A stretch of DNA of 64,000 nucleotides from Phoronis australis (lineage: Eukaryota > Animalia > Phoronida), in the NCBI GenBank assembly GCA_002633005.1, contig NMRA01000163.1, positions 156,071 through 220,070 of the forward strand, in the 5' to 3' direction. The notes beneath the pieces were generated by a model. It did no database searches and had not been told where the DNA came from. It saw nothing but the letters and a program-made list of their open reading frames with translations. Made by a program: the position numbers and the translations under genes. Positions 50,401-63,824 of the stretch are shown here, piece by piece. Numbering within the stretch: position 1 is the first letter of the stretch; each line of letters opens with the position of its first letter.

Positions 50401-53400
50401 ATTCTGACGAACCCCCCTCCCAAAACATTTAAGAACTTCAAGACTATTATTGGTACTTCTCATCATGGTTAGGGCTTACATGTCGTGCAAGTGTGCATGC
50501 TAGTGTGATGTCATTAAAATGAAATGTACTTGTTTGTCTTATACAATAAATTTGGTGAAAAAATCATTGGTAAAAAGTCAAAAATCTATTAGCTTTCTAC
50601 TGTCAGAAGATATCTACTTTCACAGAGAGTTAAAATCTACAATTTTTGTTAAATGCACACAGTTGTCGATAAGGTCCTCCATAACGTTATGGTCTGACCA
50701 TTTCATTATCATGACTAACCACACATCATAGAAACATAGTTTGAAAGAAACCAATTTTAATGTTAGTTAGGTAGAACCTTATTGAAAAGTGTGTGTATTT
50801 AGGTAAATAGCTACATAACTACAGCATTTAAATGAGAGAAACTTTGTAGAATTTGATTTCTGACTTCATGCCAAAATACAACTACTTGGGTCTCCTGAAA
50901 ATGTTTACTTATTTAAACTTAACAAAATGAATGGTACATTCATACTAGGCAAACGTCATAAATAACAACCAAGTTTTTGATTGATACAAATGTCCAAGAT
51001 AAAGTCGTCCGCATCTCACAGACTTCAGCTTGGCTTGTTTTGAAAAACAGTGCATAAAACATTATAGTATTCAAAACCTTCCTAGAAATCAAATCAGCCA
51101 TTTCTGAGAAATGATGTTCTGAAGGTAGCCAAATTTGGTCATTTTTTCTAAGGTCCTAACTTTTTTCATCCTTATTCATGTTGTAGGATCCCCATGCTTA
51201 TGAGCAAAAAATATTATTTTACAAATTGAATTCAAGGAGATGCTATACACACTTACACAATCCAAGTTGCCAGACAAAACCTGAAATGTTATCAATTACA
51301 CCAAAGGGTCAGAATGTACCTTTCGTATTCTGCAGCAGCATCCTCAACTGCACAGAAAAATTCTGTAACACCGGCTCCAGAAACAGCAGATACACCAACT
51401 GCCTGAAAAGAAAACCAAACTATCACTACACAATCACTAACAGAAGGTAACCTACAGTACACATCACAAATTTTTGTCCGGTCAGAAATCGATTGACGAC
51501 CAGTCGTCTAGCCGACCAACAGCCAACCACCAACGTTCTGTGGTTAACACTCGGGTCCGCAAGGTGGTGGCCAACCAATTCGGATTATGCATAACATTGG
51601 TCGGCAATTACCGTTCTATGACTTAGCAAGTGAGCTTTGGCCAAACAAACATTTACCTGTTAGCTGCTCGTTCTCTAATGGCCACTCCAGTCGTGACACT
51701 AGTTTATCAACTTTAATTCGTTCAACTAATGAAAGGTGGCAAAATGGAATGAACCGACGAATTGCGTGAAATAAAAGCAAAGTAAATGTTACAACTTGAT
51801 GTTGAGTTGCTGATGGTATGATAAAATTAAATGTTAAATGACTTTCAAACTATAGATAAGAGAATTTTTATACATGATGTACAAACAAGTCACAACAACC
51901 ATGAAAACTTGAAATGTTACAGTAAAATTGCATAAAAATCACAAAACAACGCTGGATGTTTTACGACCGCAAGTGTTTTCCTGCCTGGGAATGTTCAATA
52001 ACTACAGCTGTAGCACGTATTTGCACCCATTCGTTACTGCTCTTGATCACCACTTCATCACGTTGTACATTATGCTTTCCCCACAGAGAATTATTGTTCA
52101 TTTTTGTATAATTTCATAATATGTTGGAACAGCAACATCTACAATGGTTTGAACATAGCGCAGATTTTAAGATCATGGATGCATGAAAACGGAGGGAAGT
52201 GAGCCGTTATACTGTCAGCCATTATCCATCATTATTCCGAATTTGTTGTCACTTTCGGAGTAAAAATCGTAACTAAGTTAGACCCATCCTAGCCAGCAAC
52301 CGAGCTGTATGAAGGCTTTTGTCAGAATACAGCTAGATATATGTGCGCTGAGCTGACAGACCTCGAAATTGCACACAGCCTGGGTAGTTATGCTCGCCAT
52401 CTCATCGTGAAACTTTGATATACAAGTACAGATACAAACCGGCCGGGGTGCCTGCAAAATCTGGGAGTCAACTGACACTCATCTTACCCGTTACAGCTGT
52501 TTAAGTGAAAAAGAATCTAATAAACGTCATTTTCCTGCGTAATTTTCTGGCTTTTGTAACAAAGAAAAGCATGATATGTGGACAAAGTGTGGAAATAAAG
52601 TGGGCGGATTTGTGGAAAATGTCTCCTCTGAAAGCAAAGCTCCTCATCAGATCTGTTTATGATGTACTGCCTACTCCCAACAACATTGCTATTTGGAGCC
52701 TCACTGACAACTCGAGCTGTATTCGGTGTGGACGCAGATGTACTTTAGAACACATCCCGTCAACTTACAGCACGTCTTTGGCATCAGGAAGGTGCACCTA
52801 CCGACACAACCAGGAACTGAAAGTCTTCGCAAGGATGTTAGTTGATGAAATCAAAAGCAAACCAAAGTCGAGAAGCCACTGGATTGAATTCATCAGTTTC
52901 TGAAGAAGTGGCGATGTTGCAAGTAAGGGGAAGACCTCCAGCGTGGAAGGAATCCTTCACACAGCCAACGACTGGAAAGTGTGGGTTGAACTTGCCGGTC
53001 ACCAGTCATCCTTCCCCCAGCACAATGTCCAGACCACCCAGCGGCCTGATTTGGTCCTTTATTTGGACAGTTCCCACCAGGTCATCCTGATCGAACTCAC
53101 CATCCCATGGGAGAGTAGAGTTGAAGAGGCACATGAGTGGAAGAACCTGAGGTATGCAGACCTGAAGAATGACTGCCACGTAAACAGCTGGGGATGTTGG
53201 AGTTTTTCTGTGGAGGGTGGCTGCCACGGTTTTCCGGCCAGTTCAGTCACTATCGTGACGAGGACTTCAGGCGTCTTTGTGACTGGAAATAAGGCTCTAG
53301 TACGCAATGTGGCCATAGAAGCTGAACAGGCATCTTGTTGGATTTGGATGAAGCACCAACAGCAATACCATCAACAACAGTCAGGCAGAGCCTTATCAAC

Positions 53401-56400
53401 TCTCTTGTTTCGCCTACTAGAGATGGTCTTGGATTACTGAAGAAACCATTTAGGACAGTAGGATACCAACTGAAGATGTTGGTTGAGCACAGTTACATTA
53501 AGTAATTTCTTGAAAACTACATTCGTGACACACACCACATCTAAAACTTTTTCCACATATCTCAACAAATGATGACGGCTTCACAGCAGAAAAATTTGTT
53601 CTATTATTCTGTTTGCTGTTATCTAAAAACTTCAAATGAGAAATGAAACCAGTTCCAATAATTTGTTGTGACATTTACCTTGTGAGAAAACGTTTGATTG
53701 AAGAATTGGGGAAAAAAAGAAAATGGCTATTAGGTGACGTAATATTTCATGGCACCGAAAGCTGACACAAAGGATCACACCACATTTTTCGCAGCAGAAT
53801 AACAGTAGAAAGCCAATTTTAGCTACACCGGTAAATAATTTAGTTTACTCAAGGAAGAGTCCAGTTTTTAATGACACAAATTTTAAATCAGATTTCATCT
53901 GGTCATTTTTTGTCCACATCGGTGCAAAGCTGTATAATTATTTAAATTAGTACACAGCTTTGCAACAAGGCTAGAGCCTTCTGAGCCCTTTGGAGTAAGA
54001 ACACAATACTTCCCGTTTCCCGTCTACTCCAAGGGGTAAAACTCTGGAAATAAAATCTTAGGAGTAACAGTCTTAGGTGTCAAAATTTTCCAGGTAGTCT
54101 GCGTTTCCTCTAGCAAACAGTAATGCATACAATTTTCAGTTCTAGGACACAGGTTAAAATCAACTTAAAGGAGAATGCCACCCAAAAAACAACCCATTTT
54201 GTATCAAATTTAGATCGAGTAATTGTACTCGATAACGGCATGTTCGGTTGCGTTACCTGACACCTGACGTCATTGGATTCACACGCAGTTTGTTCAGCAG
54301 TTCACAACACGGGTTACTGGTGCCAGCTTATCGCTTGAATTCATCGTTTAACAATAATATATCATCAAACTTCGATGTAAAACTCTTAAAAATACACCAA
54401 GTTCTTATAAAAACGTGTTCTTTTATTTCACAGTTACGGATTTATTGGTATTTGGACACATCGTAGCCTACAAAGATCGGCAGGCCAATTTACCAAGGTC
54501 CGTAGCAGGAGTGTGGGGTCTGTTTGGAGATGAATTCGAAGTATTCTTCCATGAAATGCAGACAGGAGAACCTAGATCTGTGTGATTCTTTGCGTTCTAA
54601 GCACACAAAACGCTTGTTATCCCGGCCAGAGTCTCAAAACGCGATCAGGCCTGTCGCAGTGGGACTAACTCGTTATCCCAGCCAGTGGCTCGGAACCCGA
54701 TCCGACCCCGTTACGGCCGCCAGGACTGGCACGAACATAAACCAACTTGAGTTGGAAACTAAGTCTCCAGTCATGAAAAAGATCATAATAGCGAGCCAAA
54801 GAAATAATGTGCACATACTTATCTATATGAACTAGCCATGAAACTGAAAATCTACTTGCTTGTTGGGGGCCGCGAAGTCGGGTTCCCCTTCCACAGACCG
54901 TCAGGGCAAAGGTTGTACAGTAACAATGATTTGAATAATGTGTTTGTATTTCTAAATAAAGGTTCCCCTAACATGTGATCATATATAAAATAGAGTAATT
55001 GTTTCACAAGTTAGAGCTTTCTGTCAGCAAACACTGAATTAGCATGCACTCACACGGCCTTGGTGCCTGGTCAATTACCTTTATTGCCGGCATCAAAAGC
55101 TGGTAACGCAGTGGTTTATTCATTGCTGGCTTCTCAACATTTGCACTCACGAATACTGCAAAGGCATTACAAATTGTACCTAATGAGACAGACTTTGGTT
55201 TCAGTTTTATATAAGCATTGGTTAGGATGAGAATAATTCATTTTGAAACAGAACGCAGAATCATAAACGTCTACATGGCAACTCACCCGGCGCCAATCCC
55301 GACTTAGTCAAGAGCTCATCTGACGAAGACTTCGCGGGTTGGATCGTTAGGTTTCACAGGCTATAAGTTCGAACCGGAATACACTGATCAAGAAACAGTA
55401 GAGAGGTGCCGTGAGCATGCACATGCAAGGGAATGTATGGATAATTCTTTGGTAAGCCGGAATTCGTCAGAGAAATCAGTGTCGACAAAATGCCGGCCAC
55501 AGACACGGAGATGTTTCACGGCCTCATACTTGCTATTAACAGTGTACCTTTCAGTCTTCACTACTGCGAGACACTTTCTAAGCATTTCGGGCTCTCGAGG
55601 AAGTCGAAAAAATGAGATACCCGCTTCCTTCGCAGCTTCATAGTTCGGACAAGCGGGAACGATGCACTGCAATATAGCGGCATGCACTCTGCAGATGAAC
55701 CACTGACGTCGCTGCGTCGTTTCTCACCTTTCTCACAGGTTAACGCGACACCTCTCGGCAAGCTGAGGTCGACCGTATAAGAGGCAGTGTGGATATAGAC
55801 TGATTAAGACGTTAAAAAAGTTAGACTAATTAAATCGGGTGGCATTCTCCTTAAAAGTTTATTGTGTCGATTCTAGTAGTCACCAGGGCTAGAGACAAAT
55901 ATGCATCGGCACGTATCGTGGCATTAACCTGACAACCTATTACGCAACTGCCACTCCTAAAAATAGCATCCAACCACCGCGTCGGCAAATAAGTTCGGCA
56001 GTAGTCAGCTTGGGAGTCGCCTTATGAGTCAGCATTGTGGCCAGCTGGCCCTCGGCTAAAAATTAGCCGACCAGGCCTACCCGTCGTCGATTGGAAGCCG
56101 ACCGGTCGGACAAAAATTTGTGATGTGTACTGTAGTACACAGAATGGATTCATGTTTAATGACAAGTCTCTATTTGTCTCTAGGAAGTCTTAGTTGTCAC
56201 AACTTTCTGGTAGTTTTCGCATGAAAAAGTCACACCAACTTTGCTTTTGTCACGCATGCACAATACAAATTTTGTCAGTGATAATCCAATATTTTGCAAT
56301 TTGTGAAAAAAGAACCACCACTTGATGCAGCATAAAATAGCTGTAACCTAACAAATAGCCTACTTGGGTCCATTTTTGTCACATAATTCTCAAAAAGTCA

Positions 56401-59400
56401 CAGAACTTTAGGCAACCATTAAGTTTCGTCACAGAAATCCCTTGTGACGTATCCATTCTTCACATGCTACTGAATATATTCATTTGGAATCTGAATGCAT
56501 TGTAAATTCATGATATGTCAAAGAACAGTTACAAGGAACATTATTTCAATTCCGTCTCTAATAATGTTCAAAATGGATAATAAGCGCCGCAATATTAGCA
56601 TATTTTAAGAAAAAGATCCTCATACTGGAGCAGTATGCACCTACGGTAAATTAACAAAAGTTTTCACTCCAGACCTTCTTATTGTAGACTTTCTAATCCC
56701 CCCGATAGTGAAAGTGACACTGTCAAATGTTGCAACTGATCATAAGTTGACGAATTTTTAATGTCAGAATTAACGACTGCCTTCACGAAGCACATTTATA
56801 CAGAGCTGTCTTAGTAAAGGCCAGACTTGCAACCTTTGAATAAAATAGGCCACTAGAATCACACACCTTGATGTTCTCATAAAACTCGTCCAATACAAGA
56901 CTCATGGACCTGGTCAAATTCGACACATAGGACGTCTCGTGCTGCAGAGCATCCTGGAATACTTCAAAGTCCTTCATCCACTCCATTGCAAAAGTACAGT
57001 CAACTATGTCAGTCTACAGAGATAGAGAGAACAATGACAAGGATACCTGTTTGAAAGATTTCAGAAAAGTGATCCAAGCGCGCATGTGCCCAAATACAGA
57101 TAACTCATCTAAAGATTGACGTATCCAATGCGAAGAAAAGCAGTGCACAAATTTTAATTCTTTTAATAGCGAAGGCAACCTTTTTCCATGTCATTTTGAG
57201 CTAAAATAAGGTTGGTTGGTTATCCTAGACATATTTTCCAATTACTCGTCCGCTACTCCGGAAGTGACGTTTTAGGAGGCAAGCATTTCGCGCCAATTTC
57301 TTTTCATATAGTCTGACTGTGAGAGCTGCCGAGTCAGTCATTGTTCTACCTCGGTTGTGTTAAGTTCCGTCGTCGTTTGCTTTCATTTACAAGTGAGTCA
57401 ACATGCCACACTGTTGCTGCGTACCAGGATGTACTAATTATCGGCTCACGCGCGCTTTGGGAGTACCTTTGCATCGCTTTCCGATGGATGACACACTTCG
57501 CCGTACTTGGCTCGTTCGTGTGAAGAATGCAGCGTTACCCGTCCACGCAATGTACAGAGCAGTGGAGAATTACCGTGTGTGTGGAAAGCACTTTCTGCCG
57601 TCTGATTACGATAGGGATTTGTACGCTGCACAGATGAAGGTCCCTGCGAAACAACGTCTGAAGAAGGATGCCATTCCGTCTGTGTTGATTCCCGGCAGTG
57701 CCCCGTCGCCACCCCCGAGAAGTGCGTGATTGAAGCGAGAAGCCTCGCGAGCTGTGGCCAGTACAGTGACTGGAGCCAGTGGAGGCACTTCACCTACTGT
57801 CACCCGTGCCTCCGAACGTACCCCAGAGCGTGGAATTCCTGGAACCAGTAGTGATTCGCCCTGTGCTATTTTCTCCAGCCCAGAGCCTCTAAGCAGCCCT
57901 GCAGCGATATTGAGTAGTGGGAGTGATTACAGGCTCAGTTCGACACCCAGTGAAGAGGGCAGTTCGTCGTCCAGTGAACAGATCGGTGAGCCAAACTTTG
58001 ATAAGTTTATTGTGGACTTGTCTAAAGTGTTGGAGCTATTTAGAAGGTGCCAGGTGTGTGGCGAGGGAGTCACACGACACGATGTAAGCAGTTTGGGTGC
58101 TCAGGTCACCATCCAGTGGGAGTGTGTCGCGGGACACTCTGGCAAGTGGGACAGTTGTTCCTCTGTCCGTGGTATGCCGGAGGTCCACTTAACCATGTCC
58201 AGTAGTGGCTTGGCCTCGTCGAACTCTGAACAGCACAAGCATTCCATTGAGATAGGCATAACAACGCACACAGTGCATTTGCACCAAGATGTGTCACCAC
58301 GTCTGTCCTCAGTCGCCGCCTCGTTTCTCTCAACAGCTGCCTGTACCTGTGCGTACTCTGCCTCGTTATACTCGGGCTCAAACATGTACCCACCCACTGA
58401 ATGTCCGTAAAAAATTCCTCGTCACCACTGCTGTGAACAAGGTCTCCGTTACTCACACTACTGTCACTGTGATACGGGTCACCGACTCCAGCCATTTTCA
58501 GCTTACAACACACTAAACAATCCCTAAATCCAACGTAGTTGAGTTCTCTACTAACCTATCTTGCCGCAGAATACTCGCTGATGGAAAGTGGTGGCGTCAA
58601 TTGTTGAAAAACAGCACAAAACAAAAGTAGAATAGAACAGATTCGCACGGTAAAGTCAACGCAAAAACCAAGTGGCGGGAAACGCTTGCCTCCTAAAACG
58701 TCACTTCCGGAGTAGCGGACGAGTAATTTATAAAATTACGAAAAGCAGTAATTAAGTGGAAAATATGTCTAGGATAACCAACCAACCTTATTTTAGCTCA
58801 AAATGACATGGAAAAAGGTTGCCTTCGCCTTTAAACATAATGTCTTGTGAATAGTTCAGCAAGTTGTCCAAGTTGACTTGTCATGGCGCACAACTTTATA
58901 CGTCGAGCATAGTCTCCAGAAAAAATAAACTATTTTTCACGCCCAGAAACATTTTCTCAAATCATTTAGCAAAAGTGAGTTTAATCTATGGAACGCACAG
59001 CTTTACACGTTCACTGATAATAGATACAGTAAGAAATTTTGAGGAATGGTTTCAGCGTGTGTTACCTTGTTCATGGCAATAATAAATGGCAACTTTGTCT
59101 TGTAGAGAATACTGCAAGCATAGAGCATGTTGGACATGAACGTAACTGGGTTGACACTGCGTGATGTGTCCATGACATAGACCACCACCGTTGGAAAGCT
59201 GGAAGCCTGCAAACAGAGCACCATTGCATTACTACACGATTTAGCAATGACAATAATGGGCAGAAATTCCATAATAACAACACACCTAACATAGACGCTG
59301 TGTTAACATCTGACAACTTTATCAGCAGTTGACAAAAATAATACGCAACTTCTCGTCGTGACCACTGATTTCAAGTAGGATTCTTGTCATGATAGCTGAA

Positions 59401-62400
59401 TGCACGCAGAATTCAATGTCCAAGTAGCGTACTAATTTTAAAACTAGAAAGATTATTGTCAAAAAATGGCAATAATGACTCTGCACGAGTGAGACCGTGT
59501 GGAAAGTTTACAACCTTTCCAGTGGCTCGTGCACCATAGCAGAACTATACAAGAATATAAAAATATGGATCGTGCTGAACCACAGATGATTAACTGTAGG
59601 CACAGTAAAATAGAAATTGTGTAAGAAGAATAGATGTCGAATGAAATTAGGTAACCTATGGTAATAACTCATTATGAGCCCCAGTGCTGAAATAAATGTG
59701 ACGTCCATAAAAGCATTGTTAATGCTGAGAATCACAGCAGTCTAAGTTAACGTGTTGAATGAAAAGATCAATTTTCAGAAGGGGAATACACCTAATGATC
59801 GCCTGGTTGCATCAAATGACCTGAAACTTTGTAGTTGCAGGTCAATTACATGTACCAAATGAATCAGATGCGTGAATTTGACGAGTCTAGTTCAAAATTT
59901 ATGTTTGCACTCAATGACCTTTGACTTATTCTATCTCATTGGATGGCCTGATTGCTTACAAAATATATTTGATTGCCATGTATGCTTACACCTGTATGCT
60001 GAAATTGAAGCGAATTCCCCAAAAATGTTGGAGAAATAACATTTTGAAAATTATATGTCTTGACCTTTGCACTACTTGGCCCTTTCAGGTGCATAATATT
60101 GGATTTTAGTAGAATTATTGCAAAGTATGGGAAAAGTGTGTTTAATGCAGGAAATCACAGCTGTCCTAATTGATGACACATCAGAAACGTGATAAATGAG
60201 TAGGTAAAATTTTCAGAAGAAAAATGCATAAATGACCTCATGGTTGCATCAAATGACCTCATGGTTACACCAAATGACATGAAACTTTTGAACTGGAACT
60301 CAATTACCTGTACCAACCAGATTTGGGAATTTGAAGTGTCTAGCTCAAAATTTAAGTTTGCATTCAACGACCTTTGACATACTTTAACTGATCGGATGGC
60401 CCGATTGCTTAAAAAAGTAATGCACTTAATTGTCATGTAAACTGTCTTATACTTGTGCACTGAAATTGAAAGGAATTCCTTAAAAAATGTAGGAGAAAAC
60501 ATTTTGAAAATTAGATGGCCTTTGCACCTTTTGACCACTTCCAGTGCATTATGAGTCGAAATTATGCTATTTTATAAAATTTGTTGATGGCTGAAACCTA
60601 CCAGGAAAGTTTCAAAGTTGAAAGTGAAGTTGTTTGAGTATTATTAATAGGCTGTAAAAAAGGTCGGAAAGACTAATAACAAGAAGAATAAGATAAAAAC
60701 CAAATAGCAAGACTGTGCTTGTACGCGCTCAGTAATAAATAAGACTCACTTCAAACAGAATTCTGGCAACTATTTTGAGGCAAAACTGGAGGTACTCAGT
60801 TCTAAAACAACAAATCCTTGACTTTTGAGCTTGCAAATTGGTGTCAAAGCATCAGTAGGCTCTTAATCAAAAATCATATGACAACCGTACACGGCATTCA
60901 TAGATGAAAACCATAGAATATATATAGAATTGTAGAGAGACAGAGAGATGACGAATCTCTCTCCTCTGACAAACAAAAAACTCACCAAAGTTTCTGTGAT
61001 GATACTTCCTGACGCTGACCAGGTAAACACTTCAATCTGTCCAGGAGTATCGATGAGCACATATCTAATGGACAGAGAGTTACATTATGCACTACAACAA
61101 CAATATAGCTGAAGTCATTGTAACCAGCCTAACAAACCTGAACATTACTATTCGGAAATACAGTGTGGAAACTTTATGTTGATACTCTTAATACAATGTA
61201 ACTACATCAGTTAATCAGGCTCAACAACGGGGCTGTGCATGATCATTATGTAATGAAAATCTAGTTCACAAGTATGTTGATCAATTTCACTGTATATCAT
61301 GTCATAACTAGGTAACTATAGGTAGTCTCAAAAATAATTTGGATTTGTAGAACATTTTGACTTTAGTCTAGCTTAAATCAGGGCTTGGAATGACCAATGA
61401 CAAAAAGCGGAAATTTTTACGGCCCAAAGATTCGCACACCCAGCCTTGAAATAGTCAATGTGGACCCCTTTTGCCGACAAAAATCGGGAGGACTAAAAGA
61501 AAAAAAAACACAAAAAACGGTGCCACCTCCAGTAGCCTGCGTCTGCGTCTTTTAAGCTTGTCCGTCCACTCCCACCTCACATTTTGGCTGCAGAGTCGTA
61601 GTATTTGTCACCGCGGTTTACAATCACACGAGACACCATTGAAGAAATCCACCACACTATCCCAGATGCTCCGGCAATGTTGACAATTTACGTTCCTCCG
61701 AAACATAAAGAGCAACTTCCGCTTTTCAAGGTGAAAGTCTTCGGCAACGTCACGGTAACAAAGAAATTTGCCGCGGAAATTTTATATCAAATCCAATTTT
61801 TTTACGCAGAAATATAATAAAATATGCGGACAGAACATCTGAAAAAAGCGGAAATCCGCGTTTCCGCGGAAAATTCCAAGCCTTGTTAAATACTTTAAAG
61901 ATCTACTTACTGGCAATCTTTTTGTCTTTTTTCCACAAAATGCATAACCTAAAAAGATTGTGACACACCAGCATTACAATTAGTCCAGACAAACTAACTT
62001 AAACAGGAAGAAGACATTGGGCTGTTTACATGTATCAGCAGACTGAACCAGTATTTAACGAGATCGCGAGACATAGCAACTCGCTTCATGCTTTACACCC
62101 TCATGTAGCGCTATTTTTGAAAATCATCGTTTTAGTTCAGATCTTGGGTGAAACATGCTTTCATTGTTTAATACAGCAACATAGCATCCCTAAATACACA
62201 GTCATGTTTACACCATGGACTTAATGTCATACACTTATCACTTCATGGGAAAATAATCACAGACACTTACTTGACAAATTCGAGTTTGAAGATTGTGACT
62301 GAGACTTGACAGAATTATTGAAGCCATGTTGGGGCTGGCTCTGAGTTATACTTAATGTTTTACCACACTGCATGGCATCTGCAGTGTACTTGTACTTATT

Positions 62401-63824
62401 TAGAGTCATACAGACTTGTGTGAAGATACCTCAACACAACACATCTTTACAAACTTACCTCATGGAATTTTGTTGCAAACAAGTTAAGGGATGTAACAAT
62501 GCCACCATTTGGACCTAACGAATACCTGAAAATTCATTAAGGTAAATAACAAGCACAATAATGACCAAAGTAAAGGGGTTTTCACAAGGGCCCAATTGTC
62601 GAGACCCTTTGTTATGAACTTTGTTAACTTGTCTTGGGCCTCTCACGAAGTGCTCCTGATTTTGCACCCAGAGACCAGTAAGGCATACGGGCAATCATGT
62701 TATTGAGATTGCCATTTTTTATCAAACATAAAAAACTAAAATTGTCAAAAATGCACAGTAACAGATGGATCCGTGTGAAAGGAGCTGTCAAGTGTTGTCA
62801 CATTCATAGGAAAAGAGTTACTGAAATTCACAAAGATCCTGCATGGGTTTTAGGAGATACAGTTGTGGATGCAAGGCCACATGACAGTACTCGGAAAATC
62901 AACATCAGTCATGCTGTTTCCATAAGGAAAACGTCTACCAATTTTCTTAATGAACCTATGAGCCATTTGACCATTGTATACATGTAAGCAGGACAGTGGT
63001 AGTCACATCTCTTTGAAACTCATTTTCATCAGGTGTCGCATTCATAGACAAATACTTGACAATTTCCACAAAGATGCTCCAAGAGGTTAAAGAGATACAG
63101 ATGCAGAGGTAAAAATCAAAACTAGCACCAGGGAATGCAACTGCAGATTTACTCCTCTGAAAATTATCACAACACATGGTCTTCCAGGCTGAAACACATC
63201 TGTCAATTCTCGTGATCCTTTGAGCAGTTCAGCAGATATCGTAAATAATAAAAATGGCCACAGGTGGACCACAATACAGTTGCCAATTTTCATAAAAATC
63301 TGTCAAGCAACCCTGAAGATAATGTACAGACTGAGGCAAATGTAAAATGGCACTAAAATTGCCACTAAACGGGGCAAGGCAAACCACTTATCAGGTCCAT
63401 CCAAAAGTTGCTGTCACATCTGCCAATTTTCACAAAGATTCTCCAATAGGTTCAGACATACAACAGTGGATGCTGGATGCCCAGACGGAGAAGACAGCAA
63501 TATGCACCCACATGCATATGTGCGTGCATAAAAATCAGATTAACACTTTCCAAAATTCCAAGTAAGTATGGAGTGGTTTGTGACTACTTTGTCAAATGTG
63601 TGACGTCCCAATGTAAAGGCTACGGCTGATAGATCGTTCAGAATCACCCGTCATTCTTCAGATGTCCCATGTTGCCTCGTTGTTGCCCAACCCACTGAGA
63701 ATAAAAGGTAGCTTGCCAGAGGAACATCTAATCGAAATAGTGTTGTATGCACCACAGAAATGCAAACTGGTGTGGAAAGGATACTGTTTCATGACTTCTT
63801 TGAAGTTGACTGTATCTCGTATAT
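47446..63824 (-). CDS. GPN1: GPN-loop GTPase 1 (5' exons lie beyond the window end)
   Basis: Exons 63785-63824, 62459-62525, 61911-61948, 60986-61064, 59066-59206, 56867-57013, 51320-51402, 49135-49262, 47966-48085 and 47446-47528, all GT-AG and phase-consistent. Peptide [34 protein letters not shown]...[15 protein letters not shown]...[20 protein letters not shown]. The last two exons are less conserved. Confidence 0.96.
52590..53500 (+). mobile_element. 5'-truncated RLE-type non-LTR retrotransposon (HERO/R4-NeSL-like), antisense within a GPN1 intron
   Basis: [12 protein letters not shown], CxxC...TLEHI zinc knuckle, YRHNQ, RPDLV...[10 protein letters not shown]...K..RY endonuclease motifs; stop at 52903. 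Confidence 0.9.
54169..55851 (-). mobile_element. Kolobok-like non-autonomous element with a THAP ORF
   Basis: TIR AGGAGAATGCCACCC / GGGTGGCATTCTCCT, TTAA on the left and TTAA overlapping the right end. THAP ORF 55388-55687 (CIVPAC...SFFRLP...[11 protein letters not shown]). Confidence 0.8.
57403..58190 (+). pseudogene. Kolobok transposase N-terminus: THAP domain, linker and zinc-finger region; premature stop; DDE core deleted
   Basis: [10 protein letters not shown]...LHRFP...W...VCGKHF...[12 protein letters not shown] at 57727-57729 with the same frame continuing to CQVC...[11 protein letters not shown]. Confidence 0.85.
58190..58397 (-). pseudogene. KolX (P2X7 ballast-domain-like Cys-rich protein) N-terminal part
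   Basis: YMFEPEY...[27 protein letters not shown]; convergent with the THAP ORF. Confidence 0.8.
59790..60560. repeat. Two diverged tandem copies of a ~320-bp intronic repeat
   Basis: GGTTGCATCAAATGACCT...CAATTAC...TGACCTTTGAC...GGATGGCC...CTGAAATTGAA...ACATTTTGAAAATT occurs at about 59805 and about 60242. Confidence 0.65.
61379..61885. mobile_element. hAT-like MITE
   Basis: TIR CAGGGCTTGGAAT / ATTCCAAGCCTTG; TTAAAT on both flanks (partial TSD); subterminal GCGGAAA repeats. Confidence 0.65.
62526..63784 (-). other. U12-type (minor spliceosome) GT-AG intron of GPN1
   Basis: 5' splice site GTATCCTTTCC. Branch point TTTACCTTAAT lies 12-13 nt upstream of the 3' AG, with only a very short pyrimidine tract. 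Confidence 0.9.

Larger units (their letters stand above)
51452..56135. mobile_element. Perfect 29-bp inverted repeats (51452-51480 / 56107-56135); candidate non-autonomous DNA element enclosing nested insertions
   Basis: CTACAGTACACATCACAAATTTTTGTCCG and its exact reverse complement. Confidence 0.5.
57167..58830 (+). mobile_element. Internally deleted Kolobok DNA transposon (THAP-transposase 5' part plus convergent KolX 5' part)
   Basis: Long TIRs of more than 100 bp (GCGAAGGCAACCTTTTTCCATGTCATTTTGAGC...). TTAA TSD at 57163-57166 and 58831-58834. Contains convergent ORFs. Confidence 0.9.
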
